A stretch of 64,000 nt of DNA from an uncultured bacterium (GCA_964652195.1 CAZZBB010000050.1:305-64304); one strand, 5' to 3'; counted from the first letter of the stretch, positions 1-11,029 are shown. Notes: a model not told the origin generated them from the sequence alone. Made by a program: numbers and translations.

Positions 1-2
1 GC

Positions 3-1166
3 GAACCTGTTGTGAAGAAGGGATTGGGAAAAAGTTGGCCAATTCATGATGAGAAAGAAGAAAATGCATTATTAGAGGTTATACGAAGTGGTGCATGGAA
101 TAGACGCGAGAAAGTTGACGAAATAGCAGAAAAATTTGCTACATACCATGATGCAGAATATGGAATACCATTAGCAAATGGGACAGTGGCATTACAATGT
201 GCTCTGAAAGCTGCTGGCGTCACGGCTGGGGATGAAGTAATTGTTCCTGCTCTCACTTTTGTTGCAACAGGTACATCAGCGGTGTGCGTGAATGCAGTTC
301 CGGTTATCGTTGATGTAGATCCGTTGACATATAACATTGCACCTGAAGCAATTGAAGCAGCTATCACACCAAGAACCCGGGCAGTGATTCCTGTACATAA
401 CGGCGGTTATCCTGCTGATATGGACGCTATTATGGATATAGCAGATAAACATAATTTAAAGGTGATTGAGGATTGCGCACATGCACACGGATCACAATGG
501 CGTGGAAAAGGAATGGGTTCAATTGGGGATCTTGGAACATTCAGCTTTCAAATTGGTAAGACTCTTACATGTGGTGAGGGTGGAATGGTCATCACCAACG
601 ATGAAGAACTTGCCAATAAAGCACGGGAAATAGCAAATCTGAATATGCGAATGACAAATTTACAAGCTGCATTGTTGTTAGCTCAATTTGAAAGGTTTCC
701 TGAACAGGTGGAAACAAGGGAGAAAAATGTTGCATACCTCGTAAAGGGAATGGATGACATTGAAGGGATAGATCCTATTCCACGGGATGAACGGGTCACA
801 CGTTGGTGTTTCTATTATTGGGATTTTCGATTCGTACCTGAAGAGTTTGGAGGTATCTCTCGCGGAAGATTCATGGAAGCACTTGGAGCAGAGGGAGTTC
901 CGTGTGGTGTTGGTGCACATGGTCAGCCAATATATAATGAAGGTCCATTTGCAAATGCTGACTGGTTTGACCAATTGGGATTACCACGTGAATATCTTGG
1001 GGATCGCGCAATTGACTATAGTACTATTCACTGTCCTCAAGCAGAACATGTTTATCATAATGAGGTATGCAGTTTCGGACATGCAATGTTTTTGGGTGAT
1101 ACTGATGACATGCAATCTATCTTAGATGCATTCCAAAAGATACGGTCGAATGTTGATGAATTATAG
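3..1166 (+). CDS. DegT/DnrJ/EryC1/StrS family PLP-dependent aminotransferase (5'-truncated by window edge)
   Basis: Frame is open from base 3 (EPVVKKG...). Motifs NGTVAL, IEDCAHAHG and FSFQIGKTLTCGEGG (PLP lysine). Confidence 0.9.
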   Translation, partial: EPVVKKGLGKSWPIHDEKEENALLEVIRSGAWNRREKVDEIAEKFATYHDAEYGIPLANGTVALQCALKAAGVTAGDEVIVPALTFVATGTSAVCVNAVPVIVDVDPLTYNIAPEAIEAAITPRTRAVIPVHNGGYPADMDAIMDIADKHNLKVIEDCAHAHGSQWRGKGMGSIGDLGTFSFQIGKTLTCGEGGMVITNDEELANKAREIANLNMRMTNLQAALLLAQFERFPEQVETREKNVAYLVKGMDDIEGIDPIPRDERVTRWCFYYWDFRFVPEEFGGISRGRFMEALGAEGVPCGVGAHGQPIYNEGPFANADWFDQLGLPREYLGDRAIDYSTIHCPQAEHVYHNEVCSFGHAMFLGDTDDMQSILDAFQKIRSNVDEL

Positions 1167-1183
1167 GCAAACAACAATAGTTC

Positions 1184-3562
1184 TTACTTTATAGTCAATG
1201 GAATATCTAATGTTTGAGGTAAAAGACACATACTCTCATTACAAGCTTGGTAGCTGAGTTTTAGTAGAATCTGGTCGTTTTTCTTCAGTGTTAAATTCTC
1301 TTTCGGTTTTATCTTCAAAGTAAAGGTCGGCGTTCCTTCATATACGAAGAGATAATCTGGACTAAACTCAAACTTGACAGATTTTCCTTTGGGATACTTT
1401 ACATCAGAAATTAAAATATAGGTGTCGTCTGGAACTGAAATAGTTGTAGGTATGAGATTTTCTTGACCGGTTGGATTTGCGTTTATGTGCCATCCATCTT
1501 TTATTTTTACCTGAACCTTTACTTCAATTTCTCTACTCTTAGAAGTTGCTAATATTTCAGCATTCGCTGTTACGATAGGTTGAGTTGATGTGTCAGTTAC
1601 TATACTTTCTTGAGGTGAGTTATTGATTTCTTGCGAATTCAGGTATGCGTTAAGCGAATATAGCATATGCATAAATGAAGAAGGTGTCTCGTCCATTGCT
1701 TGTGCAAAACTACGCAGGGTTTTATCAGCATATTCTCGGTAATTAACATATGCGTTTTTTGTTAGTAAATGGTCATTTTTTTCTTGTAGAATCAGGAGAT
1801 TGTTGACTGCTACAGCATTCCCCGATGGAATAGCTGAATCGTGCGGTTTTTTGGTTCGTACAATCAATTGTTTATCATCTGCCTTCGTATAATAGAACCC
1901 TCCATTCATATCATCCCAAAAGAGTTCAATCATCTTGTGTGTAAGTTCTTGTGCAGAGACCAACCACTTCTCTTCACCACTGGCTTCATACAACGTTAGT
2001 AAACCTTGAATAAAAAAAGCATAATCATCAAGATATCCATCAAATTTTGCTACATTAGAAGTAGACAAATGCCATAGTTCTCCATCTGGTTTTGTTAATG
2101 TATCAAGTATAAACTGGGCAGCTTTCGATGCTGCGGTATAATACTTTTTTTCTTCTAAGACTTGATATCCGTAAGCATGTGCCTCGATCATGAGTCCATT
2201 CCAACTCACGAGAATCTTTGTATCTAATAGTGGTCGTTCCCGTTCATATCGGGCATTTAATAACTTCTCTTTTGAAGAACTCAAAGATAGTATAGATTCT
2301 TCTGACTTATCATATTCAGGTACGTATAACACATTCTTCCCTTCAAAATTCGTACCCTTGTCAACTCCATAAATTGTATTAAACTGTATTACATCCTTCT
2401 TATCAAGAAGACCATTTATCTCTTCTTTTGTCCATACATAGTATTTTCCTTCCTCTGCATCGGTTTCTGCATCGATGGCAGAATAAAAGCCTCCATCTGG
2501 ATGGGTCATTTCTCGTTCAATAAAAGTGAATATCTCTTTCGCAATACGTCGATATAATGGTTTCTTAGTGATATGATATGCTTTTAAATAAAGCTTAGCT
2601 AACAATGCATTGTCATATAACATTTTTTCAAAGTGAGGAACAAGCCATTTTGCATCAACAGAGTATCTATGAAATCCCCCTCCTATTTGGTCATAGATCC
2701 CACCATAAGCCATCATATCTAAAGTATGTGTAACCATTTTCAATAAAGAATCATCATCTTTGGATGGTTTATCTAATTCTGAACGTCTTTCGTATTCTCT
2801 TAACAGGAATTCCAGATTGGATGGACTTGGGAATTTTGGGGCAGTACTGAAACCCCCATAAGCCTTGTCAAATTTCGACTCAAGGAAATCAACAGCGTCT
2901 GTTATCAATGATAGGTCAATTGGCTTTTCAATAAGTGTGGTAAATCCCTTACTTGTTGCCACTTCAATAAATTTTGTTATCCTGTTAGCAGATTCGATCA
3001 CTTCAGTTTCTCTTGTTATCCATGCATCGTTCACTGCTTCAAGAATCGTAGGGAATCCTGGTCTATTGGGTTGGTCTGTTGGTGGAAAATATGTTCCAGC
3101 ATAGAACGGTTTTAGGTCAGGAGTAAGAAAAACAGAATTTGGCCATCCACCGTGTTGTATCAACAACTGCGTTGCTGTCATATAGATTTCATCAAGATCT
3201 GGTCGTTCTTCACGATCAATTTTGATATTGATAAAGTTCTCATTCATCTGTTTGGCAATTTCTGGATTTGAGAATACTTTACGTTCCATCACATGACACC
3301 AGTGACATGTAGAGTATCCTACAGAAAGGAATATAGGTTTGTTCTCTTTTTTTGCCCGTGATAATGCTTCATCTCCCCACGGATACCAATCTACAGGGTT
3401 ATGAGCATGAAGTAATAGGTATTGACTTGTTTCATTGATGAGACGGTTCGTCCATTTCCAAGTACCATCAGGATTCTTCAGAGAATCTTCATCTGCAGCT
3501 GAAATCCAAACAAAATTTATCAGAATTAATGGGATGATAATTACCCGTAATGTACTTTTCAT
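1184..3562 (-). CDS. YyaL/SPATA20 (DUF255) thioredoxin-domain plus six-hairpin protein with signal peptide and C-terminal DsbD-alpha-like domain
   Basis: [51 protein letters not shown]-terminal GWHINAN...[12 protein letters not shown]. Hydrophobic N-terminus. Confidence 0.88.
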   Translation of the reverse strand: MKSTLRVIIIPLILINFVWISAADEDSLKNPDGTWKWTNRLINETSQYLLLHAHNPVDWYPWGDEALSRAKKENKPIFLSVGYSTCHWCHVMERKVFSNPEIAKQMNENFINIKIDREERPDLDEIYMTATQLLIQHGGWPNSVFLTPDLKPFYAGTYFPPTDQPNRPGFPTILEAVNDAWITRETEVIESANRITKFIEVATSKGFTTLIEKPIDLSLITDAVDFLESKFDKAYGGFSTAPKFPSPSNLEFLLREYERRSELDKPSKDDDSLLKMVTHTLDMMAYGGIYDQIGGGFHRYSVDAKWLVPHFEKMLYDNALLAKLYLKAYHITKKPLYRRIAKEIFTFIEREMTHPDGGFYSAIDAETDAEEGKYYVWTKEEINGLLDKKDVIQFNTIYGVDKGTNFEGKNVLYVPEYDKSEESILSLSSSKEKLLNARYERERPLLDTKILVSWNGLMIEAHAYGYQVLEEKKYYTAASKAAQFILDTLTKPDGELWHLSTSNVAKFDGYLDDYAFFIQGLLTLYEASGEEKWLVSAQELTHKMIELFWDDMNGGFYYTKADDKQLIVRTKKPHDSAIPSGNAVAVNNLLILQEKNDHLLTKNAYVNYREYADKTLRSFAQAMDETPSSFMHMLYSLNAYLNSQEINNSPQESIVTDTSTQPIVTANAEILATSKSREIEVKVQVKIKDGWHINANPTGQENLIPTTISVPDDTYILISDVKYPKGKSVKFEFSPDYLFVYEGTPTFTLKIKPKENLTLKKNDQILLKLSYQACNESMCLLPQTLDIPLTIK

Positions 3563-3625
3563 GTTGATGAACCCTTTGTTTCATTAGGTGAGAGAATTTC
3601 TGTAAAATAATAAGCAATAAATGAA

Positions 3626-4732
3626 TTACTGAACAAGAGCTTGCTCTGCTATAGATCTACCAAGATCTGTCAGTGTGAGTTGGGTATCATTTTGAGAAAC
3701 ACATCTGTTGTTAAGAGCATATCTTACGACCTTAGATGCAAATGATGGTTCCCATTGTAGGTGTTCATGTAAATGTGTGATTTCTGATTCGTCTACTGAT
3801 TCAGGTAAACCTTCATGGTTTAGCAGGTGAATGACAAGCATTGTCTGAGCAAACTCCCATTTTTGACGCAAATGTCTTCGTGCTATTGATAATAGACCAC
3901 GTTTTGGTACAAACAGAAAAACCAAGACAAATGCAAGGAAAGTTACAGAAGCAATTGTCCCAGCAATTGATACATCAAATTGATAGGCAATTAAATACCC
4001 GACTACTGCATTGATACTTCCAATTGCTGCACTTAAAACCAGCATACGTGTTAGGTTATCGGTCATTAGATAAGCGGTTGCAGCAGGTCCAGCAATGAGA
4101 GCAACAACCAAAATAGATCCAACTGCATCAAAAGCACCAACAATCGTAATAGAAACCAAGGTCATTAATCCGTAATGAATTAGTGTCGGGGCAAAACCTA
4201 ACGTTGCTGCCAAACCAATATCGAAAGTTACCAACTTTAGTTCCTTGTAAAACAAGAAAATAAAAGTAAGATTCAAAATCAAAATCACTGCCATAACCGT
4301 CAGTGCTACGGGACCTACATCCAACCCTAAGATAGTTAACCGATTTAGTGGGGAATAAGCGAGTTCCCCGAGCAGAACAGCATCGATATCAAGATGTACA
4401 TTCCGTGTATATCTTGATATTAGGATTACACCAACACTGAAGAGAGCGGGGAATGTTAACCCAATAGCAGCATCTTCTTTTATTAGATCAGTTTTCTGTA
4501 ATAATTCTACTAATACAACCGTGAGTACTCCGGTTCCTGCTGCAACAAAAATAAGGATTGGGGAAGAAACAGTATGTGTAAAGAAGAACGCAATTACAAT
4601 CCCCGGTAAGATTGCATGACTGATTGCATCACTCATCAATGTCATCCTACGTAAGACCAGAAATACTCCCGGTATAGCACATGCGGATGCTGTTACAATT
4701 GCAATGAGTAGGATTTCAAGATGGACCGGCAT
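3626..4732 (-). CDS. Mn/Zn/Fe ABC transporter permease (TroD/MntD-like) with C-terminal cytoplasmic wHTH-like extension
   Basis: LRRMTLMSDAISHAILPG and KELKLVTFD motifs, many TM helices, soluble C-terminal ~90 aa. Confidence 0.9.
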   Translation of the reverse strand: MPVHLEILLIAIVTASACAIPGVFLVLRRMTLMSDAISHAILPGIVIAFFFTHTVSSPILIFVAAGTGVLTVVLVELLQKTDLIKEDAAIGLTFPALFSVGVILISRYTRNVHLDIDAVLLGELAYSPLNRLTILGLDVGPVALTVMAVILILNLTFIFLFYKELKLVTFDIGLAATLGFAPTLIHYGLMTLVSITIVGAFDAVGSILVVALIAGPAATAYLMTDNLTRMLVLSAAIGSINAVVGYLIAYQFDVSIAGTIASVTFLAFVLVFLFVPKRGLLSIARRHLRQKWEFAQTMLVIHLLNHEGLPESVDESEITHLHEHLQWEPSFASKVVRYALNNRCVSQNDTQLTLTDLGRSIAEQALVQ

Positions 4733-4737
4733 AGGTA

Positions 4738-5682
4738 TTAATCACTTTTCTGTTGTGGTTGTTCTATCAATTTGTTTGATGCCATTCTAATGTTTCGTCT
4801 GTTCTGCCGTTGTCGAGAACTATTCCAAATTAATCCACGGTTAGGGGCAATGGTTATAGATATCATGACAAAAAGAGTTGCACTGAGAATTATTGTCGGT
4901 CCAGTTGGAATATTTGCTCCACTGCTGCTAATGATGGTTCCCATTACTCCAGATACAGCGCCGAATATGGCAGCGAGGGTGACCATCAAACTGAACCGAT
5001 CTGTCCATTGTCGTGCTGCTACAGCAGGGGCAACAATCATGGCACTCATGAGAACAGCACCAACTGCCTCCAAACCAATGACAATAGCAATTACAAGAAG
5101 ACTTGTTAACAATACATCAAGTGTTCTGATTGGGAATCCTATAGATGCAGCGAATCCTTCATCAAAAATTAGTAGTTTTAGTTCTTTCCATAAAATCAAC
5201 ATAATTATGAGGACAATACCTCCAAGTATACCAATAGTTACGACATCACGTTTTAACATTGTTGCAGCTTGTCCAAAGAGGAAGGTATCCAAACCAGCTT
5301 GATTTGCATTTCCCGTTCGTTGTATAAGTGAGAGTAGGACTAATCCAAAACCGAAGAAGGTTGAGAGGATTAAAGCAAGGGCACTATCAAATTTGATCCG
5401 AGTGAGTCTGACAATAGCTATGATTATTACTGTTCCTATCCATCCTGCAATTGCTGCCCCAAGAATAAGCAATAAGTGGATCTTAGTTCCAGTGAGAAGG
5501 AATGCCAATGCGATACCGGGAAGCGCAGCATGAGAAATTGCATCACCCATCAAACTTTGTCGACGTAATACTGCATACGTGCCGAGTGCACCACTGACTG
5601 TACCAAGAAACGCAGCACCCAATGCTACTGTAATGAGTGTATAGTCAAAATGGTTAAGAAGGTTATTAATAAAGTTTAGCAC
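4738..5682 (-). CDS. Mn/Zn/Fe ABC transporter permease (TroC/MntC-like)
   Basis: LRRQSLMGDAISHAALPG and WKELKLLIFD motifs, ABC-3 family hydrophobicity. Confidence 0.9.
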   Translation of the reverse strand: MLNFINNLLNHFDYTLITVALGAAFLGTVSGALGTYAVLRRQSLMGDAISHAALPGIALAFLLTGTKIHLLLILGAAIAGWIGTVIIIAIVRLTRIKFDSALALILSTFFGFGLVLLSLIQRTGNANQAGLDTFLFGQAATMLKRDVVTIGILGGIVLIIMLILWKELKLLIFDEGFAASIGFPIRTLDVLLTSLLVIAIVIGLEAVGAVLMSAMIVAPAVAARQWTDRFSLMVTLAAIFGAVSGVMGTIISSSGANIPTGPTIILSATLFVMISITIAPNRGLIWNSSRQRQNRRNIRMASNKLIEQPQQKSD

Positions 5683-5757
5683 TAATATTATATTCCATTT
5701 TGGTAGAAATAGGTTGGTAGTAAAAACAAATGAATTCTACCGATAAAGTTGGTATAT

Positions 5758-6501
5758 TTATCGGTTTTTCATGAAGGCGATTCGTCCACCGTAAGTCTCT
5801 CTGAGATTCTCAGGTGTGAACGTCTCTTGGACTGGACCGCTTGCAATTCGACGAATATTCAAAAGGGTTACCCAATCGAAATAGTCTGCAACAGTTTGTA
5901 GGTCATGATGTACAACGACGACAGTTTTTCCGTTTTCACGGAGTTCCTGTAATAAAGCTACAATAGCCCTTTCAGTAGTAGCATCAACACCTTGAAATGG
6001 TTCGTCCATAAGGTAGACGTTAGAATCTTGAACGAGGGCACGAGCAAGGAAGACTCGTTGCTGTTGTCCACCAGAGAGTTGGCTGATTTGTCGGTTACTG
6101 TATTTTTCCATTCCAACTTTTTCTAATGCATTCATTGCCAATTCTCGATCAGTCTTTCTGGGACGACGTATCCAACCAAGGGCACCATAGCGTCCCATCA
6201 TCACAACATCAAGGACATTTGTAGGAAAATCCCAGTCCACAGTTCCTCGTTGTGGTACATATCCAACAATTTTTCTCTGGACTTCATAGGGTTTATCATG
6301 AATTAGAACTTTGCCTGATGCTGTTCGTACTAATCCTAAAATTGCTTTGATTAGGGTTGTTTTACCTGCCCCATTTGGACCAACAATTGCTAATAATACC
6401 CCTGGTGGTACATCAAGGTCTATATCCCATAAGACTGGCGTTTCATGGTATGCGACAGTTAAATCCATTACAGAGATTGCATTTGTAGCAGGAGATTGCA
6501 A
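5758..6501 (-). CDS. Metal ABC transporter ATP-binding protein (TroB/MntB-like)
   Basis: [30 protein letters not shown]. Confidence 0.93.
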   Translation of the reverse strand: MQSPATNAISVMDLTVAYHETPVLWDIDLDVPPGVLLAIVGPNGAGKTTLIKAILGLVRTASGKVLIHDKPYEVQRKIVGYVPQRGTVDWDFPTNVLDVVMMGRYGALGWIRRPRKTDRELAMNALEKVGMEKYSNRQISQLSGGQQQRVFLARALVQDSNVYLMDEPFQGVDATTERAIVALLQELRENGKTVVVVHHDLQTVADYFDWVTLLNIRRIASGPVQETFTPENLRETYGGRIAFMKNR

Positions 6502-6503
6502 AA

Positions 6504-7526
6504 TTAATGTTCCTTTTTATCACTGTCCATAACTACGGATTCACCAATAAGAGCAGAAACAATCGTATCTATATTATGTTTTACCATACCGATATATGTT
6601 CCTTCTGGTGTGCCTTCATTTCCCATAGCATCAGAGAATAATTCACCACCAATCTGAACATCAAACCCTTTTGATTTCACTGCTGCTTTGACAGCTTCTA
6701 AGCTACGTATAGGAACAGAAGATTCAACAAAAATTGCAGGGAGCTTATTTTCAGCAATAAATGTTGCTAATTCTTTTACATCAGCAATTCCGGCTTCAGA
6801 TACGGTGCTCATTCCCTGTAGACCACGTACTTCAAAACCGTATGCTTTACCAAAATAGTTAAATGCGTCGTGTGCTGTGACAAGGATTCGCTGTTCAGAG
6901 GGAACACGTTCAGCTTGTGTCTTAACATATTGCTGTAGCTCATTAAGTTTCATTAGGTAATGGTCGGTATTTGCATTATAAATCTGCAGTGATTCAGGTT
7001 TATGTTCAACCAAAGTGTCTCGGACAACTTCCACTGCTTTTATCCACAAAGATATGTCAAACCATATATGAGGGTCATATTGACCTTCATATTCAGGTGG
7101 AGTAAGTAATAGTTTTTTATCAACACTATCTGAAACTGCTACAGCTTTTGTTTTACCTGATAAACTTCCAAGTACATCTGCCATTTTCGATTCAAGATGT
7201 AGTCCATTATAGAATATGATCTGTGCTGAATTAAGTCTTTCAATGTCTTTTGCTGTAGGTTTGTAGAGATGTGGGTCTACCCCTGGACCCATCATACCGA
7301 TTACGTCAACTGTTTCTCCACCAACATTCTTTACGATATCGGTAATCATTCCAATTGTTGTAACCACACGTATCTTTTCATTTTCTGGAATCTTCTTTTC
7401 AACTTTTGGATCACATCCAGTAATAGTGAGAGTATAAAATATGAGTAAACACCCTACTAATATAGGTATAATAATTTTTGAATAGAGATAATATGTGCTT
7501 TTTAAAAAATTGTATATATATTTCAT
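6504..7526 (-). CDS. Metal ABC transporter substrate-binding lipoprotein (TroA/MntA-like)
   Basis: Lipobox [25 protein letters not shown] and LFSDAMG give the His/His/His/Asp metal site. Confidence 0.92.
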   Translation of the reverse strand: MKYIYNFLKSTYYLYSKIIIPILVGCLLIFYTLTITGCDPKVEKKIPENEKIRVVTTIGMITDIVKNVGGETVDVIGMMGPGVDPHLYKPTAKDIERLNSAQIIFYNGLHLESKMADVLGSLSGKTKAVAVSDSVDKKLLLTPPEYEGQYDPHIWFDISLWIKAVEVVRDTLVEHKPESLQIYNANTDHYLMKLNELQQYVKTQAERVPSEQRILVTAHDAFNYFGKAYGFEVRGLQGMSTVSEAGIADVKELATFIAENKLPAIFVESSVPIRSLEAVKAAVKSKGFDVQIGGELFSDAMGNEGTPEGTYIGMVKHNIDTIVSALIGESVVMDSDKKEH

Positions 7527-7532
7527 GTTAAT

Positions 7533-8660
7533 TTATAAGAATAAATAATCTAAGAGCATTCCAACAAGATAACCGACGCCAGCTACCCCGAGTCCAACAA
7601 CAAACATATCAAAGCCACTTCTTATTATTCCGCGTCCTGTGAAAAGACTCCTTGCAGATCCAACAATGAAGTGAGACAACATTGCAATTGTAAAAGATAT
7701 CCAAATTGCAATCATTCCTTCTGTAAATAGAAATGGGGCAACAGGGATAAAGGCACCAATCGCAGTCGCAAGTCCTGTGATCCATCCTTCACTGAATGGT
7801 GTTGAATGGATCTTACCAATTTTCAGTTCCGCTTGAATCTTCTCCTCTAACGCCCTTTCTGGGTCACTCATCACCTCTTTTGCGAGCTCCTGTGCATGTT
7901 CTTTGGGTACACCTCGAGCAGCATATATAAGGGCAAGTTCCTCTTCTTCAATGTCAGGCATGAGTCGGATTTCATCCTTTTCTACCTGTATTTCGTGATC
8001 GTAAACCTCCTGTTCACTTTTTGCTGCGAGATACCCAGATGCCCCCATGGAAAGTGAATCGGCAACTGTACCCACAATTCCAGCAACAAGTATTGTATTG
8101 ACACTTTCAGATGCAGCAATGACCCCAGCGACCAATCCAAAATTGGCTGTAAGGCCGTCATTAAAGCCGTAAATTATATTACCTAACACACCACCGGATT
8201 CAGTTTTATGCCAAGGTTCGTCCGTTGTCCCTGTAAGTTCATTAAGACTTTCTGTGTGTTGAGCAGATTCTTTTGCTAATATGAGCGCTGTCTCTTTTGC
8301 ATCAGAATGCGAACTGCTCTTGTGTAGGGCAATGTATTCTTTAACTTCACTCGCTTCTTCTTTCAACATACGAGCTAATGGTAATACTTTATCAATATTA
8401 CGTGCATACCATGACCAGAACTGTGCTTTTAAACTCGGTTTAATATGCTTGAACTTAATATCGTATGTAGATAACATTTTTTCCCATCTATCGACGTGTT
8501 TGCTTTCCACCTCTGATAAATCACTTAGTATTTCCTTACGATTATAATCAGTCTCAAGTTCGGCAAAAACACTATAAAGAAAAGTCGCATCAACTTCATC
8601 CTGAAGATGGTGCCGCCATATCTTGATTGTTTTCTTGTTTACTCTCTCTTTCTTTTCCAT
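7533..8660 (-). CDS. Ferritin/rubrerythrin-like domain fused to VIT1/CCC1 metal transporter
   Basis: N-terminal E...ESKH...E...ESAQH. C-terminal YGFNDGL, ADSLSMGASGYLAAKSE and EEEELALIY (VIT1/CCC1). Confidence 0.88.
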   Translation of the reverse strand: MEKKERVNKKTIKIWRHHLQDEVDATFLYSVFAELETDYNRKEILSDLSEVESKHVDRWEKMLSTYDIKFKHIKPSLKAQFWSWYARNIDKVLPLARMLKEEASEVKEYIALHKSSSHSDAKETALILAKESAQHTESLNELTGTTDEPWHKTESGGVLGNIIYGFNDGLTANFGLVAGVIAASESVNTILVAGIVGTVADSLSMGASGYLAAKSEQEVYDHEIQVEKDEIRLMPDIEEEELALIYAARGVPKEHAQELAKEVMSDPERALEEKIQAELKIGKIHSTPFSEGWITGLATAIGAFIPVAPFLFTEGMIAIWISFTIAMLSHFIVGSARSLFTGRGIIRSGFDMFVVGLGVAGVGYLVGMLLDYLFL

Positions 8661-8664
8661 GCTT

Positions 8665-9339
8665 TTAAGTGTCCTCTACTTTATCTACCATAATGTGTTT
8701 TGCTACTTCTCGTCCAATAACTGCCTCTTGTCCTGCAATCTCTATAGTAAATGGTCCTTCAAATGGAGCGACGTCTATCACCGTAAATGTTGTCCCGGGA
8801 TATAGATTAAAATTACCGAGATGTCGTAGTAGAGCAGAATCGTCATCACTCACCTCAGCAACAACACAAGATTGACTTGAATTTAACTCAGTCATTGGAA
8901 TGGCTTCAGTTTGCTTAACAACCCCGTTTTTGTCAGGTATAGGTGAACCGTGTGGATCAGCAGTGGGATATCCAAGAAACGCATCCATTCGCGCCTCAAC
9001 ATCCTCTGAAATCACATGTTCCAATATTTCCGCTTCATCATGAACTCCATCCCAGGGTACACCGAGCGCTTTGTTAAGATATAACTCTAACAATCGATGA
9101 TGACGGATGATTTCTAATGCAATTTCTTCCCCAGCATCAGTAAGCGTAACACCTTCGGACCGTTCGTAGGTTATCAAATTCATTGTTTTGAGCTTTTTAA
9201 TCATTCCTGAGGCTGATGCTGGTTTCACATCAAGGAATTCTGCTAAAACACCTGTAGAAACTTTCTCACCTTTGTCTTGTAACTTATATATTGACTTAAG
9301 ATAATCCTCAGCCGCATGTGTTAACATTATTATTTCCAT
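8665..9339 (-). CDS. mntR: DtxR/MntR family metal-dependent repressor with FeoA domain (start may be 9327)
   Basis: EDYLKSIY, IIRHHRLLELYL, VHDEAEILEH, DPHGSPIP, C-terminal FeoA-like domain. Confidence 0.9.
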   Translation of the reverse strand: MEIIMLTHAAEDYLKSIYKLQDKGEKVSTGVLAEFLDVKPASASGMIKKLKTMNLITYERSEGVTLTDAGEEIALEIIRHHRLLELYLNKALGVPWDGVHDEAEILEHVISEDVEARMDAFLGYPTADPHGSPIPDKNGVVKQTEAIPMTELNSSQSCVVAEVSDDDSALLRHLGNFNLYPGTTFTVIDVAPFEGPFTIEIAGQEAVIGREVAKHIMVDKVEDT

Positions 9340-9444
9340 TCCGCATTAGAGTCAATTATGCTCTTCATCCTACGGTAAATAGTTAGTTCACTTTCCAATA
9401 TTCTTAGGAAAGATATATAAAAACATTAGTTTAGTCAAAAAATA

Positions 9445-9464
9445 AATTTAGGTATACCTAAATT
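9445..9464. promoter_or_regulatory. DtxR/MntR-type operator, perfect 20-bp palindrome AATTTAGGTATACCTAAATT
   Basis: Perfect palindrome with TTAGG..CCTAA core, overlapping the -10 and predicted start of the mntR operon promoter. Confidence 0.85.
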
Positions 9465-9490
9465 ATATAATTGGAGAAGAATTATGTCAA
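9462..9490 (-). promoter_or_regulatory. sigma70 promoter of the mntR operon
   Basis: Minus strand TTGACA (9490-9485), 17 bp spacer, TATAAT (9467-9462). Confidence 0.85.
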
Positions 9491-9526
9491 GCATTTTTAA
9501 TTACACATTTTAGCAATAGCAATAGT

Positions 9527-10579
9527 TTAAAATTCGTTAAAGACTTTCACAGGTTTTCCAGTTTCAATTGATTCCCAAGCTGCAACCCCAACAGCAATTG
9601 ATTTTGCCCCATCAATAACATTCGGGGATGGTTCAAGATCCTCTTCAAGGCATTGCTGAAAATGTCTCATATAACGAATGACTGTTTGACCGTGTCCATA
9701 TACACTTGTGTCGATTTCCGGAGGACAGGTCATTTCAAACGGTTCTCTCGCAGACATTTTATCCAGCATCAGTTTTACTTGACCACCTTTGTTGTCTGTA
9801 AAATCGCCAATCATTGTTCCTTTACTCCCGTAAATTGAAACTTGCATCATTGGCATTGGAGGGTGAACAACATCATATAATCCCATTGCACGAGCAATTT
9901 GTCCATTTTTGAACTTAAGATTAAGAAAGAAATTATTTTTCTTAGGATAATCTGGTGTTAGTAAACCCTTTGTACCGTAGGCGTGCACCTCTTCAACATC
10001 ACCGAGAAAACTACGTAAAATATCAACGGGATGAACAACTCCACCGAACATCAAATCTTGTGGTTCAGTGAGTCTCCATGGGGTGAAATCGTAGACTTCA
10101 CGCATGTCATGGACATAATATGCCTCAGCAACCATTGGATCACCTAAATCACCATCGTCAAGTAATCTTTGCATTGTTAGAAACTGCAGGTCAAACCGCA
10201 TTGTTTGACCGACAAGAAACTTTACATCATGCTTCCGCACTAAATCCACTAACTGCTTAGCATCATCCAATGTTGTCACCATCGGTTTGGTACAGATTAC
10301 ATGCTTTCCAGCTTCTATTGCTGCAATACAATGTTCTGCGTGGAGATGGTCTGGTGAGTAGATTGCTACAACAGAAATATTATCTTTTTGAACTAATTCA
10401 CGGTAATCTGTTGTCCAGTAATCGACATTAATCTCTTTTGCATAGTTTTCAAGGACATCCTGCCGTTTAGCACAAATTCCACGAACTTCATAATTCAGAT
10501 CGGGGACATCTTTAAGGAGTGATGTGGTTGACCCCATGTTCGTAGGATTGATACCAATAACCCCTAATCCAATTGCCAT
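9527..10579 (-). CDS. Gfo/Idh/MocA family oxidoreductase
   Basis: N-terminal Rossmann fold, SPDHLH, AGKHVICTKPM, VHPVD. Confidence 0.88.
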   Translation of the reverse strand: MAIGLGVIGINPTNMGSTTSLLKDVPDLNYEVRGICAKRQDVLENYAKEINVDYWTTDYRELVQKDNISVVAIYSPDHLHAEHCIAAIEAGKHVICTKPMVTTLDDAKQLVDLVRKHDVKFLVGQTMRFDLQFLTMQRLLDDGDLGDPMVAEAYYVHDMREVYDFTPWRLTEPQDLMFGGVVHPVDILRSFLGDVEEVHAYGTKGLLTPDYPKKNNFFLNLKFKNGQIARAMGLYDVVHPPMPMMQVSIYGSKGTMIGDFTDNKGGQVKLMLDKMSAREPFEMTCPPEIDTSVYGHGQTVIRYMRHFQQCLEEDLEPSPNVIDGAKSIAVGVAAWESIETGKPVKVFNEF

Positions 10580-10660
10580 ATTTTACTCCTGTAGTTTTAG
10601 CAAAATCTTATCATAAAAACTCCTGTTTATCAAGAACTAACCTATATGGATATGGTTATT

Positions 10661-10945
10661 TATACTATTCCTAAGAAATATTATGACATATAAACATCAT
10701 TCACCAACCCTTTTAACTGTGTAATCCGCGTCATCTGCGATTCATACAACTGCTATTTTGGGTCGCCCCTTACCGCAACAAAAACACCTCTTCCTGTACC
10801 ACAAACTGTATGAAGATTTAGAATTTAATTCGGTTATATTTGGGTGGGAAGACCTCGCTACGATCATTTTATTGCAACCGGGTCCCCATGACGAAATTAT
10901 CATGCAGATTAGTATGCTATATTATTACATGTTAGAAACAATATA
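10661..10945. mobile_element. MITE-like element A with imperfect 14-bp terminal inverted repeats
   Basis: TATACTATTCCTAA (10661-74) versus TTAGAAACAATATA (10932-45). The first ~50 bp are closely similar to 12990-13041 (shared TTATGACATATAAACATCATTC). Confidence 0.55.
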
Positions 10946-10947
10946 AT

Positions 10948-10985
10948 TATAATATACACAATATAAATATAATATACACAATATA
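10948..10985 (+). repeat. 18-bp direct repeat x2 (TATAATATACACAATATA), 20-bp period, just upstream of a -35
   Basis: Exact copies at 10948-65 and 10968-85. Confidence 0.75.
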
Positions 10986-10995
10986 TTAAAATAAT

Positions 10996-11024
10996 TTGAC
11001 ATAGTATTATAAATTGTTTATAAT
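10996..11024 (+). promoter_or_regulatory. Consensus sigma70 promoter
   Basis: TTGACA (10996-11001), 17 bp spacer, TATAAT (11019-24). Confidence 0.85.
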
Positions 11025-11029
11025 ATATA

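Noticed and set aside
4772-5302. Numerous antisense ORFs over well-supported genes (this one is an example)
   Set aside because: Shadow frames without recognisable motifs.
9340-9444. yybP-ykoY Mn riboswitch in the mntR leader
   Set aside because: Only one weak hairpin, and the consensus is not seen.
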